63,239 bases of DNA, taken from positions 1 through 63,239 of the forward strand of contig CAYHNZ010000002.1 of assembly GCA_964358205.1 (NCBI GenBank), in the 5' to 3' direction. A program made the position numbers and the translations under genes. Below, piece by piece: positions 44,985 to 53,621 of the stretch (positions are counted from its first letter, which is position 1; each line of letters opens with the position of its first letter). Below the pieces are notes generated by a model. That model had not been told where the DNA came from. It saw only the letters and a list, made by a program, of their open reading frames with translations, and ran no database searches. The DNA is from an uncultured Candidatus Saccharibacteria bacterium (GTDB taxonomy: Bacteria; Patescibacteriota; UBA1384; 2-12-FULL-50-11).

Positions 44985-45052
44985 CGAACCAAACCAGTAG
45001 CCGTGGGCGAACCCTACGGCTACTCCCTTGAACTGAGTCAGGAAAGGTTGAG

Positions 45053-45787
45053 CTAAATGTCGAATTCTAGGATCAAGGCCTGGTGATCGGAGACGACAGC
45101 GTCAGACGCCTCAAAACTTTTTACTTTGACTTCTTTGCTGACAAAGATGTAGTCACAGGCTTCGGTTTTGCGAGTTAAAGATGTTCGTGTGGTTTTGAGC
45201 TTAGCTCTTAGGGTTAGGTTCGTCAGAACTTTATTAATTTGCTTGATTGATACGGATTCTGGAACGAGGTTAAAGTCCCCAGTTAGAATTACTGGACCGT
45301 CCAGCGAGGCGGCGTAATCGGCGATCATCTGGCATTGGCGCAGAGATTCCTCGTCCCCATTTTTATGGTGAGGAACGTGATAGCCGTGGTGATTCAGGAT
45401 GTGCAACTTTTTCTTGCTCGTCAATTCAATTACAGCATGCTGGAAGTTGCGCGTGTTGGTGTCGTCCTTGATTACGTCCAAGTTCTCTATGAACTTTTGA
45501 TGAGTAAAGACCGTTTCTGACCGCGTGATCGGATAATGACTAATAATGCAGTTGCCAAAGTTGGCTTTGCGGTTCATGTAATTGAAACTGAAAACCGGCG
45601 AGAGAAAGACGTAAGGAAGTTCGACCTCCTTTCGCAGGTCTTCGATAGTGCCAAGGAACATTCCGTCGCCTCCAGGTACATCCAGCGCTTCTTGCAAACA
45701 CAGAATATCGGGTGCTTCATCTTTGATGAACTCCCCTAATTGGTACGGTAGTCGTCCGGCTCAGACATTGAGCTGAATCAGTTTCAT
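45053..45787 (-). pseudogene. Endonuclease/exonuclease/phosphatase (EEP) family gene interrupted by an in-frame TGA
   Basis: ATG at 45787 reads MKLIQLNV, then TGA (45761-45763), then the same frame continues AGRLPYQLGEFIKDEAPDILCLQEALDV...GDFN...SDH. Confidence 0.75.
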
Positions 45788-46335
45788 TAGAATGTTTTGA
45801 GACTATTAAAATTAATCGCAAGCTTCACTTGTTCTAGCTCGTCGCCAGTTAATAACCGTGTTTGGTCGGCGACTTCTTGGGCGGAGGCTAGGCCAATACC
45901 TAGGCCGTTGGGGCGGGTGTAAAGCGTGACGTGAAACGGTTGGGTTGGTATTTCTAGATCTAGAGCTTTTCGCATTCCAGCAAAGAACTCCTCTGCCCCG
46001 CTCGTTTCACACATGATTATGACTGTTTTTTTATCGCGCTTCTCGGCAACTCTAACTTCGTCCTTGAATCTGCTTATACTGATGGGCATTTCTATAAGTA
46101 GATGATTTGATTCCTCTAGAATCTTTTCTTCCGCTTCTTCGAGTGTTACACCAAGCTTCTCCGCCAAAATCGGTGCGTACTTCTTAACCGAAAATATACT
46201 CAAATGAAACTCCGGCTTAGCAACTAACTTCTCGCCGTCGACTTCAATCTCGGGAGCAATTTTAAGTTGTGGGAGTTCTAGGCCGACATAACCGCCCTCG
46301 TACCGATAACCGTCCGGAAGGTTCGCTGTGCTCAT
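45787..46335 (-). CDS. 2H phosphoesterase superfamily protein (LigT-like)
   Basis: Two HxS/T motifs (FHLSIF, FHVTLY). There are TAATG stop/start overlaps on both sides. Confidence 0.75.
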   Translation of the reverse strand: MSTANLPDGYRYEGGYVGLELPQLKIAPEIEVDGEKLVAKPEFHLSIFSVKKYAPILAEKLGVTLEEAEEKILEESNHLLIEMPISISRFKDEVRVAEKRDKKTVIIMCETSGAEEFFAGMRKALDLEIPTQPFHVTLYTRPNGLGIGLASAQEVADQTRLLTGDELEQVKLAINFNSLKTF

Positions 46336-46781
46336 TACAGCCCCCAATCTATTAGTTCTGTGAATCTGACATAGAATCCATACGGATCAGTCATTCGAAA
46401 ATCATGCCAAGTTCTTTTGCCGTCTTTTTTCTCTATGAGCTCTTGTACAATATTCTCGCTTAAGTCTTTGGATGCCTTTTGATAAAAAGTATGGATATCT
46501 TCGACCGGTATTGTCAGTGAAACCGCATAACCTCGTGTAGTTTTCTTATCGAACTGTTTGAAATACGACTGCTCGTAAACTCGTTCATCGTCTCCATAGA
46601 AATTTATCATCGTATTACCGAGCGGGTCCCGTCTTTGCATAACCATGTAGCCGGGATATTCTCCCTTAACATCTTCCGATATGATTTCAAAACCAAGTTT
46701 TGAATAAAAATCCTGAACCGGAGCAAACTCCGGCACATGAAGCTCTATAATTAAATTGTTTTTGATTGGTATTTTCGGCAT
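46335..46781 (-). CDS. Glyoxalase/bleomycin-resistance (VOC) family protein
   Basis: IELHVPEFAPVQDFYSKLGFEII beta-alpha-beta-beta-beta pattern. Confidence 0.75.
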   Translation of the reverse strand: MPKIPIKNNLIIELHVPEFAPVQDFYSKLGFEIISEDVKGEYPGYMVMQRRDPLGNTMINFYGDDERVYEQSYFKQFDKKTTRGYAVSLTIPVEDIHTFYQKASKDLSENIVQELIEKKDGKRTWHDFRMTDPYGFYVRFTELIDWGL

Positions 46782-46803
46782 TACTCAAAGCTATCTCAGG
46801 GCG

Positions 46804-47277
46804 TCATGATTTCGTCTCAAGCGCGAGTGTAACTTTTGTCTTTATCGCTTCAATACAGTTCGGTAACCTTCGGGCCATTCTTGGGCTCAGAAGCTTGGAA
46901 CACTCATCGATTGGTTTGAAGGCGTACTCGTCTAACTCCTCGTTTTGTAGACTGATTTTTCCAACCTGTTCTTTCGTAAGGACGCCACCGTAAAAGAAGA
47001 ACTTGAGAGAATCTTCGTGATTTTTGGCTGTGTAATTGTGATCAACACAGAGTAACTGTTTGTAATCAAGCTTGAGACCTACCTCCTCTAAAACCTCCCT
47101 ACCGCAGGTCTGGAGCGGAGACTCTCCCTCATCACTTACACCGCCTGGAATATTCCAATGATCTCGGTAATTTGGCTTAACGATCAACATCTTGCCTTGT
47201 TCGTCGAAAATGAACGCACCTGAAGCAACGATTTTCCTTGATAGGGATTTGATATATTCATCGTGAGGTAAATACAT
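46804..47277 (-). CDS. Nudix hydrolase
   Basis: Nudix box GGVSDEGESPLQTCGREVLEEVGL. Confidence 0.88.
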   Translation of the reverse strand: MYLPHDEYIKSLSRKIVASGAFIFDEQGKMLIVKPNYRDHWNIPGGVSDEGESPLQTCGREVLEEVGLKLDYKQLLCVDHNYTAKNHEDSLKFFFYGGVLTKEQVGKISLQNEELDEYAFKPIDECSKLLSPRMARRLPNCIEAIKTKVTLALETKS

Positions 47278-47283
47278 GTCCTC

Positions 47284-47327
47284 ATTCTACTCCCGAACCT
47301 GCTGATCCGCCAGCTGGCGGAGTCGAG
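47284..47327 (-). promoter_or_regulatory. Cassette intergenic module, copy m1 (with an inserted CCGCCAGCTGGCGG hairpin)
   Basis: On the minus strand: CTCGAC-hairpin-GGTTCGGGAGTAGAAT, then 6 nt, then ATG. Confidence 0.6.
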
Positions 47328-47918
47328 CTATTTCTTTTTTGCTAAGAGCCAGGCGGGCTCGGGGATGAAAGTGATTTCTGGCCAGGCATCGATCTCGTGC
47401 TCGGTAAAGTCGTAGTATTTTTGGTAGGCCGTCTCGACACTACCGTGCATTGCATCTTTCCAGTCAAAACCGAGTTTACTGGCCAACTTTTTTATATCTA
47501 ATTCGTTCGGTGCTTCTAGCTCGACAAATGTCGGAATCCACGGCCAGGTATCGATGGTGATTTCGCAGTCGCCAAGGGCCCACTTCTCTCTTTTGGTCTC
47601 TTGGTAGGATTTTTGTACTAGGCCAATGGCCTTAAGCAAGCTGACAGTTTTTTCGAAGTCCCCTACCGTCGTTTCGATCTCTTGTGTACCGTGAAGGGTG
47701 CGATCATTCAGTTGTTTATAAGAAAAAGTAATCTTGTCGCCTTCGTCGCGAACGCGGATCCAGCCACCGATTTCTTTTAGTCGCGAATCTGGATAATCAA
47801 AAACACAGCGACGCATCTGACGTTCGGAGTGCACTAATTTAGCGCCGATTGTACTCAACTTGCCACGTAGATCGTCGGCATCAATATCCAAAAACTTAGC
47901 CTCAACCTCTACCTGCAT
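47328..47918 (-). CDS. CYTH-domain protein (CyaB/ThTPase-like)
   Basis: N-terminal EVEAKF (ExExK) motif in a protein of about 196 aa. Confidence 0.85.
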   Translation of the reverse strand: MQVEVEAKFLDIDADDLRGKLSTIGAKLVHSERQMRRCVFDYPDSRLKEIGGWIRVRDEGDKITFSYKQLNDRTLHGTQEIETTVGDFEKTVSLLKAIGLVQKSYQETKREKWALGDCEITIDTWPWIPTFVELEAPNELDIKKLASKLGFDWKDAMHGSVETAYQKYYDFTEHEIDAWPEITFIPEPAWLLAKKK

Positions 47919-47924
47919 TTCCCA

Positions 47925-47953
47925 ATTCTACTCCCGAACCCAGAATTGTCGAG
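47925..47953 (-). promoter_or_regulatory. Cassette intergenic module, copy m2
   Basis: On the minus strand: CTCGACAATTCTGGGTTCGGGAGTAGAAT, then TGGGAA, then ATG. Confidence 0.6.
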
Positions 47954-47981
47954 CTACCGAGCAATGCAATTGAAGATTTGG

Positions 47982-48371
47982 TCAGTTGAGTTTCAACAAC
48001 AACTCCTCTGGAGAGTTTATAAAATCGCGGAACAATACATTCCGACACAGCTCGTTGGCATCTTTGGTGAAAGCGTATATCGGCTTATTCAATGCGACCG
48101 CGCAACCAATCTCTAGGGTCGTGCTAACTCCCGAATAACCATCTTTGTTATAGATGTAAACCACATCAGCCGTACGTATTTTTTGAAAGTGGTCATGAGT
48201 CAATCCGAGGACGACATAGTTCTTGTTTCTGGCCGACAGCTGATTCCAACCATCTTTTGTTTCGTATAGGTAGGGTTCGTAAACGATAATTCCAGCTTCT
48301 TTCAGCCTGCGACCGAACTCTCTGATATCTGACTTGAACCTCCTACTACCACACAGTACGACGGACTTCAT
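47982..48371 (-). CDS. Nucleoside 2-deoxyribosyltransferase-like small Rossmann protein
   Basis: MKSVVLCGSRRF...IIVYEP N-terminus in 129 aa. The family call is from memory and is moderate. Confidence 0.6.
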   Translation of the reverse strand: MKSVVLCGSRRFKSDIREFGRRLKEAGIIVYEPYLYETKDGWNQLSARNKNYVVLGLTHDHFQKIRTADVVYIYNKDGYSGVSTTLEIGCAVALNKPIYAFTKDANELCRNVLFRDFINSPEELLLKLN

Positions 48372-48447
48372 CCTTCTACAGTTACACAGTCGAGCAATGA
48401 ATTACAATATTTTCCACCTGCCTAAGCCAGTTTCTTTAACGTTCCTG

Positions 48448-48471
48448 TATCCCGAACCTGGGAATGTCGAG
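48448..48471 (-). promoter_or_regulatory. Cassette intergenic module, partial copy m5
   Basis: On the minus strand: CTCGACATTCCCAGGTTCGGGATA, directly after the def stop. A second CTCGAC...TAGAAG piece sits at 48373-48394. Confidence 0.45.
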
Positions 48472-48476
48472 GAAAA

Positions 48477-49031
48477 TTAGACATCAACTAACTCGGCTGT
48501 ATTTTTGTATTCGTCAAAATCGGCTACGAATTGAATGGTTTTCAAATCGGCACGCTCAATAAACAGCACTCCATTCAAATGGTCGATTTCATGCTGAAGA
48601 ATTCGGGCTAATTTACCGTCAAAGCTTTTTTGTTGATGATTACCATTCTCATCTAGGTAACGTACCTCAATTTCGGCCGGTCGGATAACCGCCGCAATTA
48701 AAGGCAAGCTACTTAAGCATCCTTCCGGAAAAGTATTGTTATTTTTTGAATGCTTAATAATAACTGGATTAATAAATGGAAGGTAAAGACCTTCCCAAAA
48801 GACGACAGTTAACGATTTAGAAATGCCTATTTGCGGCGCCGCAAGAGCGACTCCCCTACCCAGCCTTCGGATCTTATTCAATGTTTGCTTGAGTTTCTGA
48901 ATATCTTTAGTTGTTTGGCCACAACTAATTTCGTTGTTTGTGATTTGCTTCGTCTTGGCGCGAAGGATAGGATCGCCCAACCAACGAATTTCTTCTGGGA
49001 ATTTTGCTAGTTTTCTCAACTCTTCTTTCAT
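48477..49031 (-). CDS. def: Peptide deformylase
   Basis: Motifs GVALAAPQIG, EGCLS and HEIDHLNG. Confidence 0.93.
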   Translation of the reverse strand: MKEELRKLAKFPEEIRWLGDPILRAKTKQITNNEISCGQTTKDIQKLKQTLNKIRRLGRGVALAAPQIGISKSLTVVFWEGLYLPFINPVIIKHSKNNNTFPEGCLSSLPLIAAVIRPAEIEVRYLDENGNHQQKSFDGKLARILQHEIDHLNGVLFIERADLKTIQFVADFDEYKNTAELVDV

Positions 49032-49037
49032 AATTAG

Positions 49038-49066
49038 ATTCTACTCCCGAACCTAGAAATGTCGAG
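49038..49066 (-). promoter_or_regulatory. Cassette intergenic module, copy m3
   Basis: On the minus strand: CTCGACATTTCTAGGTTCGGGAGTAGAAT, then CTAATT, then ATG. It starts directly after the upstream stop. Confidence 0.6.
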
Positions 49067-49681
49067 TTAGTCGTTAATAATTATTGCTCCGCTATTTGTC
49101 AGGAATGTAGTAGCGCGACCCCTAGCTCTGTGATGACGATCAATGTTCAAGAGGTTGTCCTTATATTCCGGAACACCCCAATGCGGCAAGATGAGCTTGT
49201 TATACAAGCCTAACCCTTCCTCAATAATTTCTGGTACGTCGGCCAAATCTTCCGGATTATCTTCGCTGAGTTCAATATTTGGTGCAACGACCATGGCACC
49301 GGCGCTCTCACCGGCATACACTAACCCATTGGTTAAAAGCTTTTTAATGATTTTATCGAATCCCGACTTAGCCATCGCCCAGCGGAGATAATGGGTGTTA
49401 CCGCCGGCTATCCAAACTCCGTCAAGTTTCTCGAGCAATTTCTTAAGCTCCCCAGTTTTTCCAATAAAATCAAGCAATCTCACCGGGATAAGCTCGAGTC
49501 CGTATCCACGCAGCTGCTTTTCTGAACTATCTAACCAAGGAGTTGAGCCCTTTGCTATGTAAGGTTCTGCCGCGTCCGCAATCCAAGCAATCTTCGGCGG
49601 ACTATTTCGCTTTGGAAGTAATGAAAAATAAGCTTCTTCGTAGGCAGGTTGTAACCCCTGTGATACTAGGAAAAGCTTCAT
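49067..49681 (-). CDS. Peptidase S51 (peptidase E-like)
   Basis: GGNTHYL and GESAGAMV motifs. Confidence 0.82.
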   Translation of the reverse strand: MKLFLVSQGLQPAYEEAYFSLLPKRNSPPKIAWIADAAEPYIAKGSTPWLDSSEKQLRGYGLELIPVRLLDFIGKTGELKKLLEKLDGVWIAGGNTHYLRWAMAKSGFDKIIKKLLTNGLVYAGESAGAMVVAPNIELSEDNPEDLADVPEIIEEGLGLYNKLILPHWGVPEYKDNLLNIDRHHRARGRATTFLTNSGAIIIND

Positions 49682-49687
49682 TTTCTG

Positions 49688-49716
49688 ATCTTACTCCCGA
49701 ACCCAGAATTGTCGAG
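49688..49716 (-). promoter_or_regulatory. Cassette intergenic module, copy m4
   Basis: On the minus strand: CTCGACAATTCTGGGTTCGGGAGTAAGAT, then CAGAAA, then ATG. It starts directly after the upstream stop. Confidence 0.6.
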
Positions 49717-50247
49717 CTACTGCAGGAACTTGCCTACTTCTTTGTCAGAGAGGAGGCGGTAAGAATTGCAGAAACTAATCATTCCTTTGCTGGGTTGATG
49801 AGAGAACCCGATGTATTCAACCTTCATCTTCTTCTGTTGGGCTTTCTTTATTGCTGGCGAAAGATCGGTGTCGGAAGAAACGAGAATCGCCTTATCACAA
49901 GTCTCCTCGTATGCAGAAACCAATAAATCAGTTGCCATTTGAACGTCAACACCCTTCTCGTGATATCGTCCGTCAGATTTCATTAAATAACCGAAGCTAT
50001 AACGCAAGCCGGACTTTTTTAATAGAGCGATTAGCTTCTGTTGATTAGAGAAAAGCTTTTCGGTCTTTTTTGTGCCATCTTGGCGGATCCGGCCAATATA
50101 GTAGCAAGCGTCGATAACATTGTTATCATCAGCTACGAATTTAACGAAGGCACGAAAGTCAAATTTTAGTAAATCATTTAGCTTCAGGTCTTTTAGCTTG
50201 AAGTAAAAATTACTACCATCTATCAGAATAGTTACTCGAGGTCTCAT
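49717..50247 (-). CDS. NYN-domain (LabA-like) protein
   Basis: ILIDGSNFYF and SSDTDLSPAIKKA motifs. ATG at 50247. Confidence 0.82.
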   Translation of the reverse strand: MRPRVTILIDGSNFYFKLKDLKLNDLLKFDFRAFVKFVADDNNVIDACYYIGRIRQDGTKKTEKLFSNQQKLIALLKKSGLRYSFGYLMKSDGRYHEKGVDVQMATDLLVSAYEETCDKAILVSSDTDLSPAIKKAQQKKMKVEYIGFSHQPSKGMISFCNSYRLLSDKEVGKFLQ

Positions 50248-50401
50248 AATTTCAGGGTATTCAAAAAGCCCTGCAAATGCCAGAGGCCTCACAGGGCGTT
50301 TTAGTACCTAAAGAATAACACTCAGTAGCCTCGTCGTCAATATCTGACCTGCCGGAGCCCGTCTATCTTTCCTTCGCCGGGAGCAGGAGTATAAATGTAG
50401 T

Positions 50402-50923
50402 ATGGAGCTCAAAGGGTTTAGACGGGCGTATACGAAGGGGCTGAAGAAAACCACGCTGGGGATTATCCGGAAATCATCGGGCGAGATTTGTTTAGCAATG
50501 AAAAAGCGTGGTTTTGGCACCGGCAAGTGGAATTTTTCTGGTGGCAAAGTCTTGCCCGATGAGACACCCGAGCAATGTCTCGTTCGTGAAACCGAAGAAG
50601 AATTTGGGACAAAGATCAGTAATCTTCGCCCGGTTGGTATTCTCTACTTCTACTTTTCCGATGTTCCAGTCGAGAAAAATTAGAATCAAAAATGCTATGT
50701 ATTTGAAGCCGACAGCTGGGACGGTGAGCCGCAAGAGAGCGAGGAGATGCTCCCGAAATGGTGGCATCGCGATAACATTCCCTACCAGGAGATGTGGCAA
50801 GAGGACAAATCCTGGATCGAACCTGCCCTCGACGGACAGGTTCTGACCGGCTATTTTCTCTTCACCTCAAAAGATGTCTGTCTGGAAAAAGAAATTGTTA
50901 TCGGGAAAATTATCGACGAGTAG
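50402..50923 (+). pseudogene. MutT/MTH1-like Nudix gene interrupted by an in-frame TAG
   Basis: KKRGFGTGKWNFSGGKV...RETEEEFG, then TAG at 50681-50683. The same frame continues YVFEADSWDGEPQESEEMLPKWW...IPYQEMWQEDKSWIEP to the stop at 50921-50923. Confidence 0.75.
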
Positions 50924-50927
50924 CGCA

Positions 50928-51509
50928 TCAGCGCTTACGCCAGTTCTTATCTAGATCTTCGTCGGTGACACGGAATATAGTTTCGTGATCGCCGGGCTTA
51001 AGGCTATGGAGCTTGCAAAACTTTTGGCCGTATTCACGCTTCTCTTTTTCTTTTGCTTCTTTTTCTTTTAGGATCTCTGGCGGAAAAGTGAAATCGGTAT
51101 TAATGAGATCGCAAGTATATTTTGGCCCAAACAGCAAATTGAGCGTCCAATGAGCCCGTTGACTCATTGGATAAATACTAACTAAAGCTACCCGCTTCCA
51201 ATTATTTGGAATGAGGAAATTCTTCTTGATGAAATAAGCATTTGTGACGGTGGTGTACGCATCTTCCTCCAGCAAAGTCGCACTCTCTGGCAGTCCGAGA
51301 CTTTGGGCGTAATCAGCCATTGCTCGGGCTTCGGTGGTTGGCGGAGTGTAGTCGAGGGTATATGTCCACTTACCACTGAATATTATTCTGTCGGACAGGC
51401 CTTTATTAAAAAGTTCGACGGCTTTCTCGACGGTAGACTTGGCGCTTTCAGAAGTTGACCCATCTTTATATACTCCCCTGCCCAAAACCAAAATAGCATC
51501 ATATTTCAT
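50928..51509 (-). CDS. DUF218/YdcF-like protein
   Basis: MKYDAILVLGRGV... N-terminus in 193 aa. Confidence 0.7.
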   Translation of the reverse strand: MKYDAILVLGRGVYKDGSTSESAKSTVEKAVELFNKGLSDRIIFSGKWTYTLDYTPPTTEARAMADYAQSLGLPESATLLEEDAYTTVTNAYFIKKNFLIPNNWKRVALVSIYPMSQRAHWTLNLLFGPKYTCDLINTDFTFPPEILKEKEAKEKEKREYGQKFCKLHSLKPGDHETIFRVTDEDLDKNWRKR

Positions 51510-51544
51510 TCCCCGATTGTACCCATAAACTCAAAATTGAGCCA

Positions 51545-51580
51545 TAAAAAAGCGGTTCGGAGAGCGATCTCTCCGAACCG
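51545..51580 (-). terminator. Intrinsic terminator of the HD-domain gene
   Basis: 12-bp stem CGGTTCGGAGAG/CTCTCCGAACCG with a T-run on the minus strand. Confidence 0.85.
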
Positions 51581-51588
51581 AGGGTTGG

Positions 51589-52875
51589 CTACGCTTGCGC
51601 GTGGCGGTGGACGATGTCTGTCACCTCTTTTATCGCAGAAGGAGTGACGATGCGTTGCTGATGCTCGCAGTCAACGGCGATATAGAATCGAGCGTGCCGT
51701 CGAGCCTTCGCTTGCGCTGCGGACCATTCCAGAGAATCGAGCTCGCGCATATGAAGAACGCCAGAATTGGTCTGAAAGTAGATCTCCGGTGGTTCGAACC
51801 GACGCTTCGGCGCCGCTGGAGTGACGAGGATCGAGAGCTTTGGCAGGCCCAGAGCCTGTTCAAGTTCTCGTTCCAACAAGTGGAGAAGTTGTGGCTTGCG
51901 CATCCGTTCGGCAAAAACCTCATCAGACGCCGGCTGATGAATTGTTCGGCCATTGCTATCCCAATTGATCCGATAGTACGGATCGAACTGGTAGACAATC
52001 GCCGCTACTGGCACGTCGCCGTCCAAGTAGCGTTGATAGTGCTTGCGGATAACGGGATTTTTTGCCGATTGTAGCGCCACGTCGAGCTGGCTATCAACCA
52101 TCGACAAAAGCCCTTCCTCGGTTATTTCCTGTTCTTCGCCGGTTTGACCCAATAAGCCACTGATCATTCGCTGTACAAACCGCTCAACGATCACGACACG
52201 ATCCAAAAAATAGACCTGGTCATACATTGTCCAAAAGTGGTTGAGTAGCGATAGAACGAGCTGATAGATCTCTGCATCGACGACAATTTTCCCGTCGATA
52301 TAATCGACACGGTCGAGGAATGGTCCGATGTCGAGCATCCCGTTGATTCCGGTGTGGTAGCTGTCCCGAGCGAGGTAGTCAAGCTTGTCGACACCCAAGA
52401 GCGGATGGGAAACAAGCTGACCGAGCGGGTCTTGCTTAAGAATCATGTGTATAATTCTCTCCGGATTGGCACCAGACGCAAGGATGCAGTCGGTCATCTC
52501 CTGTACTACTTGTGTCGCCCGCTCGTTATGGCCATTACTGACCAGCCAGTCGGTGATGTGAGAGTACGGACCGTGAGAATCGTCGTGAACCAGCCCGTGG
52601 ACTTTGGAGTCGACAATGTCCTGCCCGTTGATTCGTCCAGCTTGTTGCAGTCTTAGCCCCCGTTGGGCAGCCAGCTCGTAGGTGCCAAGTTCATGCTCAC
52701 CTCTCATATGCTGGGCGCCAGGGTAGGCAACATGGGCGAGGCCCAACTGTTTTCGGAAGTTGCTCTTTTGATGAAACGGATGGTTGATGATTGCCTCGAC
52801 CGGCTTGATATCAATCGAACCGGTTACGGGCACATGAATTGTGATTCGGTTGCGTGGTCGACAAACCAATGTCAA
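51589..52875 (-). CDS. HD-domain dNTP triphosphohydrolase-like protein (dGTPase/SAMHD1 type), GC-rich
   Basis: FRKQLGL...PGAQHMRGEHELGT, VHGLVHDDSHGPYSH and GVDKLDYLARDSYHTGI. The start codon is uncertain (TTG at 52875 or 52869). Confidence 0.82.
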   Translation of the reverse strand: MTLVCRPRNRITIHVPVTGSIDIKPVEAIINHPFHQKSNFRKQLGLAHVAYPGAQHMRGEHELGTYELAAQRGLRLQQAGRINGQDIVDSKVHGLVHDDSHGPYSHITDWLVSNGHNERATQVVQEMTDCILASGANPERIIHMILKQDPLGQLVSHPLLGVDKLDYLARDSYHTGINGMLDIGPFLDRVDYIDGKIVVDAEIYQLVLSLLNHFWTMYDQVYFLDRVVIVERFVQRMISGLLGQTGEEQEITEEGLLSMVDSQLDVALQSAKNPVIRKHYQRYLDGDVPVAAIVYQFDPYYRINWDSNGRTIHQPASDEVFAERMRKPQLLHLLERELEQALGLPKLSILVTPAAPKRRFEPPEIYFQTNSGVLHMRELDSLEWSAAQAKARRHARFYIAVDCEHQQRIVTPSAIKEVTDIVHRHAQA

Positions 52876-52958
52876 ACCTCCTTTTTAACTTGCGCCCTAG
52901 GGGCGGGTTTGACTGGAATGTAACTGGTAGAAGAGATAAATGCAAATATATGTAATAT

Positions 52959-53621
52959 TCAACTCACAGATTTGAGCAATCTCAAGAAGGTATCGTCAGC
53001 GAATAGCTGTTTAGTTAGTTTGATGACACCAGAACCTTTTGTGTATTTCTCGGCTAAATATTTTCTTAGTTCCTGATGTTGTGAGTAACCGCGATCATCG
53101 CGTTCCACAAGACCTCTGAATTCTAGGTTCAAAAGTTCGGTTAAAGACTCTTTGTAGCTGTTGTACTGTTGGGAGCTGATGTCTAACTTTATGTATTTAT
53201 GAGTGAACAGGTGTAATAGCTCATGGACGCAGACCATATTTGGTTCAGCGCTAAACAAATTGAGAAAAAAATAGCCTTCTTGGGTGTTGTAGCTGCAGCG
53301 TTCGTTGAGACTAAGATAGCAAATGAACTCCATATCGTCGTTTTCTACCTCAAAAAGCTTGGTAAGGCGTTCAAACACGTCTTGTTCTACGGCTCGCCAT
53401 CCACCAGAAAACAGTCGAATCTTTTCTTCGGCAGATATCCCCTCTTCGGCGATAATTTTTCGGCAGGCTGCAGTGACAGTCGTTTCGGAGTTGATATCGA
53501 CACCTAACTCTTCGAGTTTTTTACTAAAGTCTGAAGGGTGACTGCGATTATGGGATTTATTACCAGCTTGAAGGTTGAGAAATTCTTTTTCGGCTTCGTA
53601 ACGGAATTCAAGATGCATCAA
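52959..53621 (-). CDS. Hypothetical protein with an HExxH motif (putative zinc metallopeptidase)
   Basis: VCVHELLHLFTH. The start overlaps the HIT gene stop. Confidence 0.65.
   Translation of the reverse strand: MMHLEFRYEAEKEFLNLQAGNKSHNRSHPSDFSKKLEELGVDINSETTVTAACRKIIAEEGISAEEKIRLFSGGWRAVEQDVFERLTKLFEVENDDMEFICYLSLNERCSYNTQEGYFFLNLFSAEPNMVCVHELLHLFTHKYIKLDISSQQYNSYKESLTELLNLEFRGLVERDDRGYSQHQELRKYLAEKYTKGSGVIKLTKQLFADDTFLRLLKSVS

Noticed and set aside
45761-45763. Genome-wide UGA reassignment (code 4 or code 25).
   Set aside because: An intact RF2 gene (SPF motif) is present. TGA also terminates several well-supported genes here, such as the first ATPase at 21648-21650, secD at 26244-26246 and nrdJ at 35715-35717, without extended conserved sequence beyond them.
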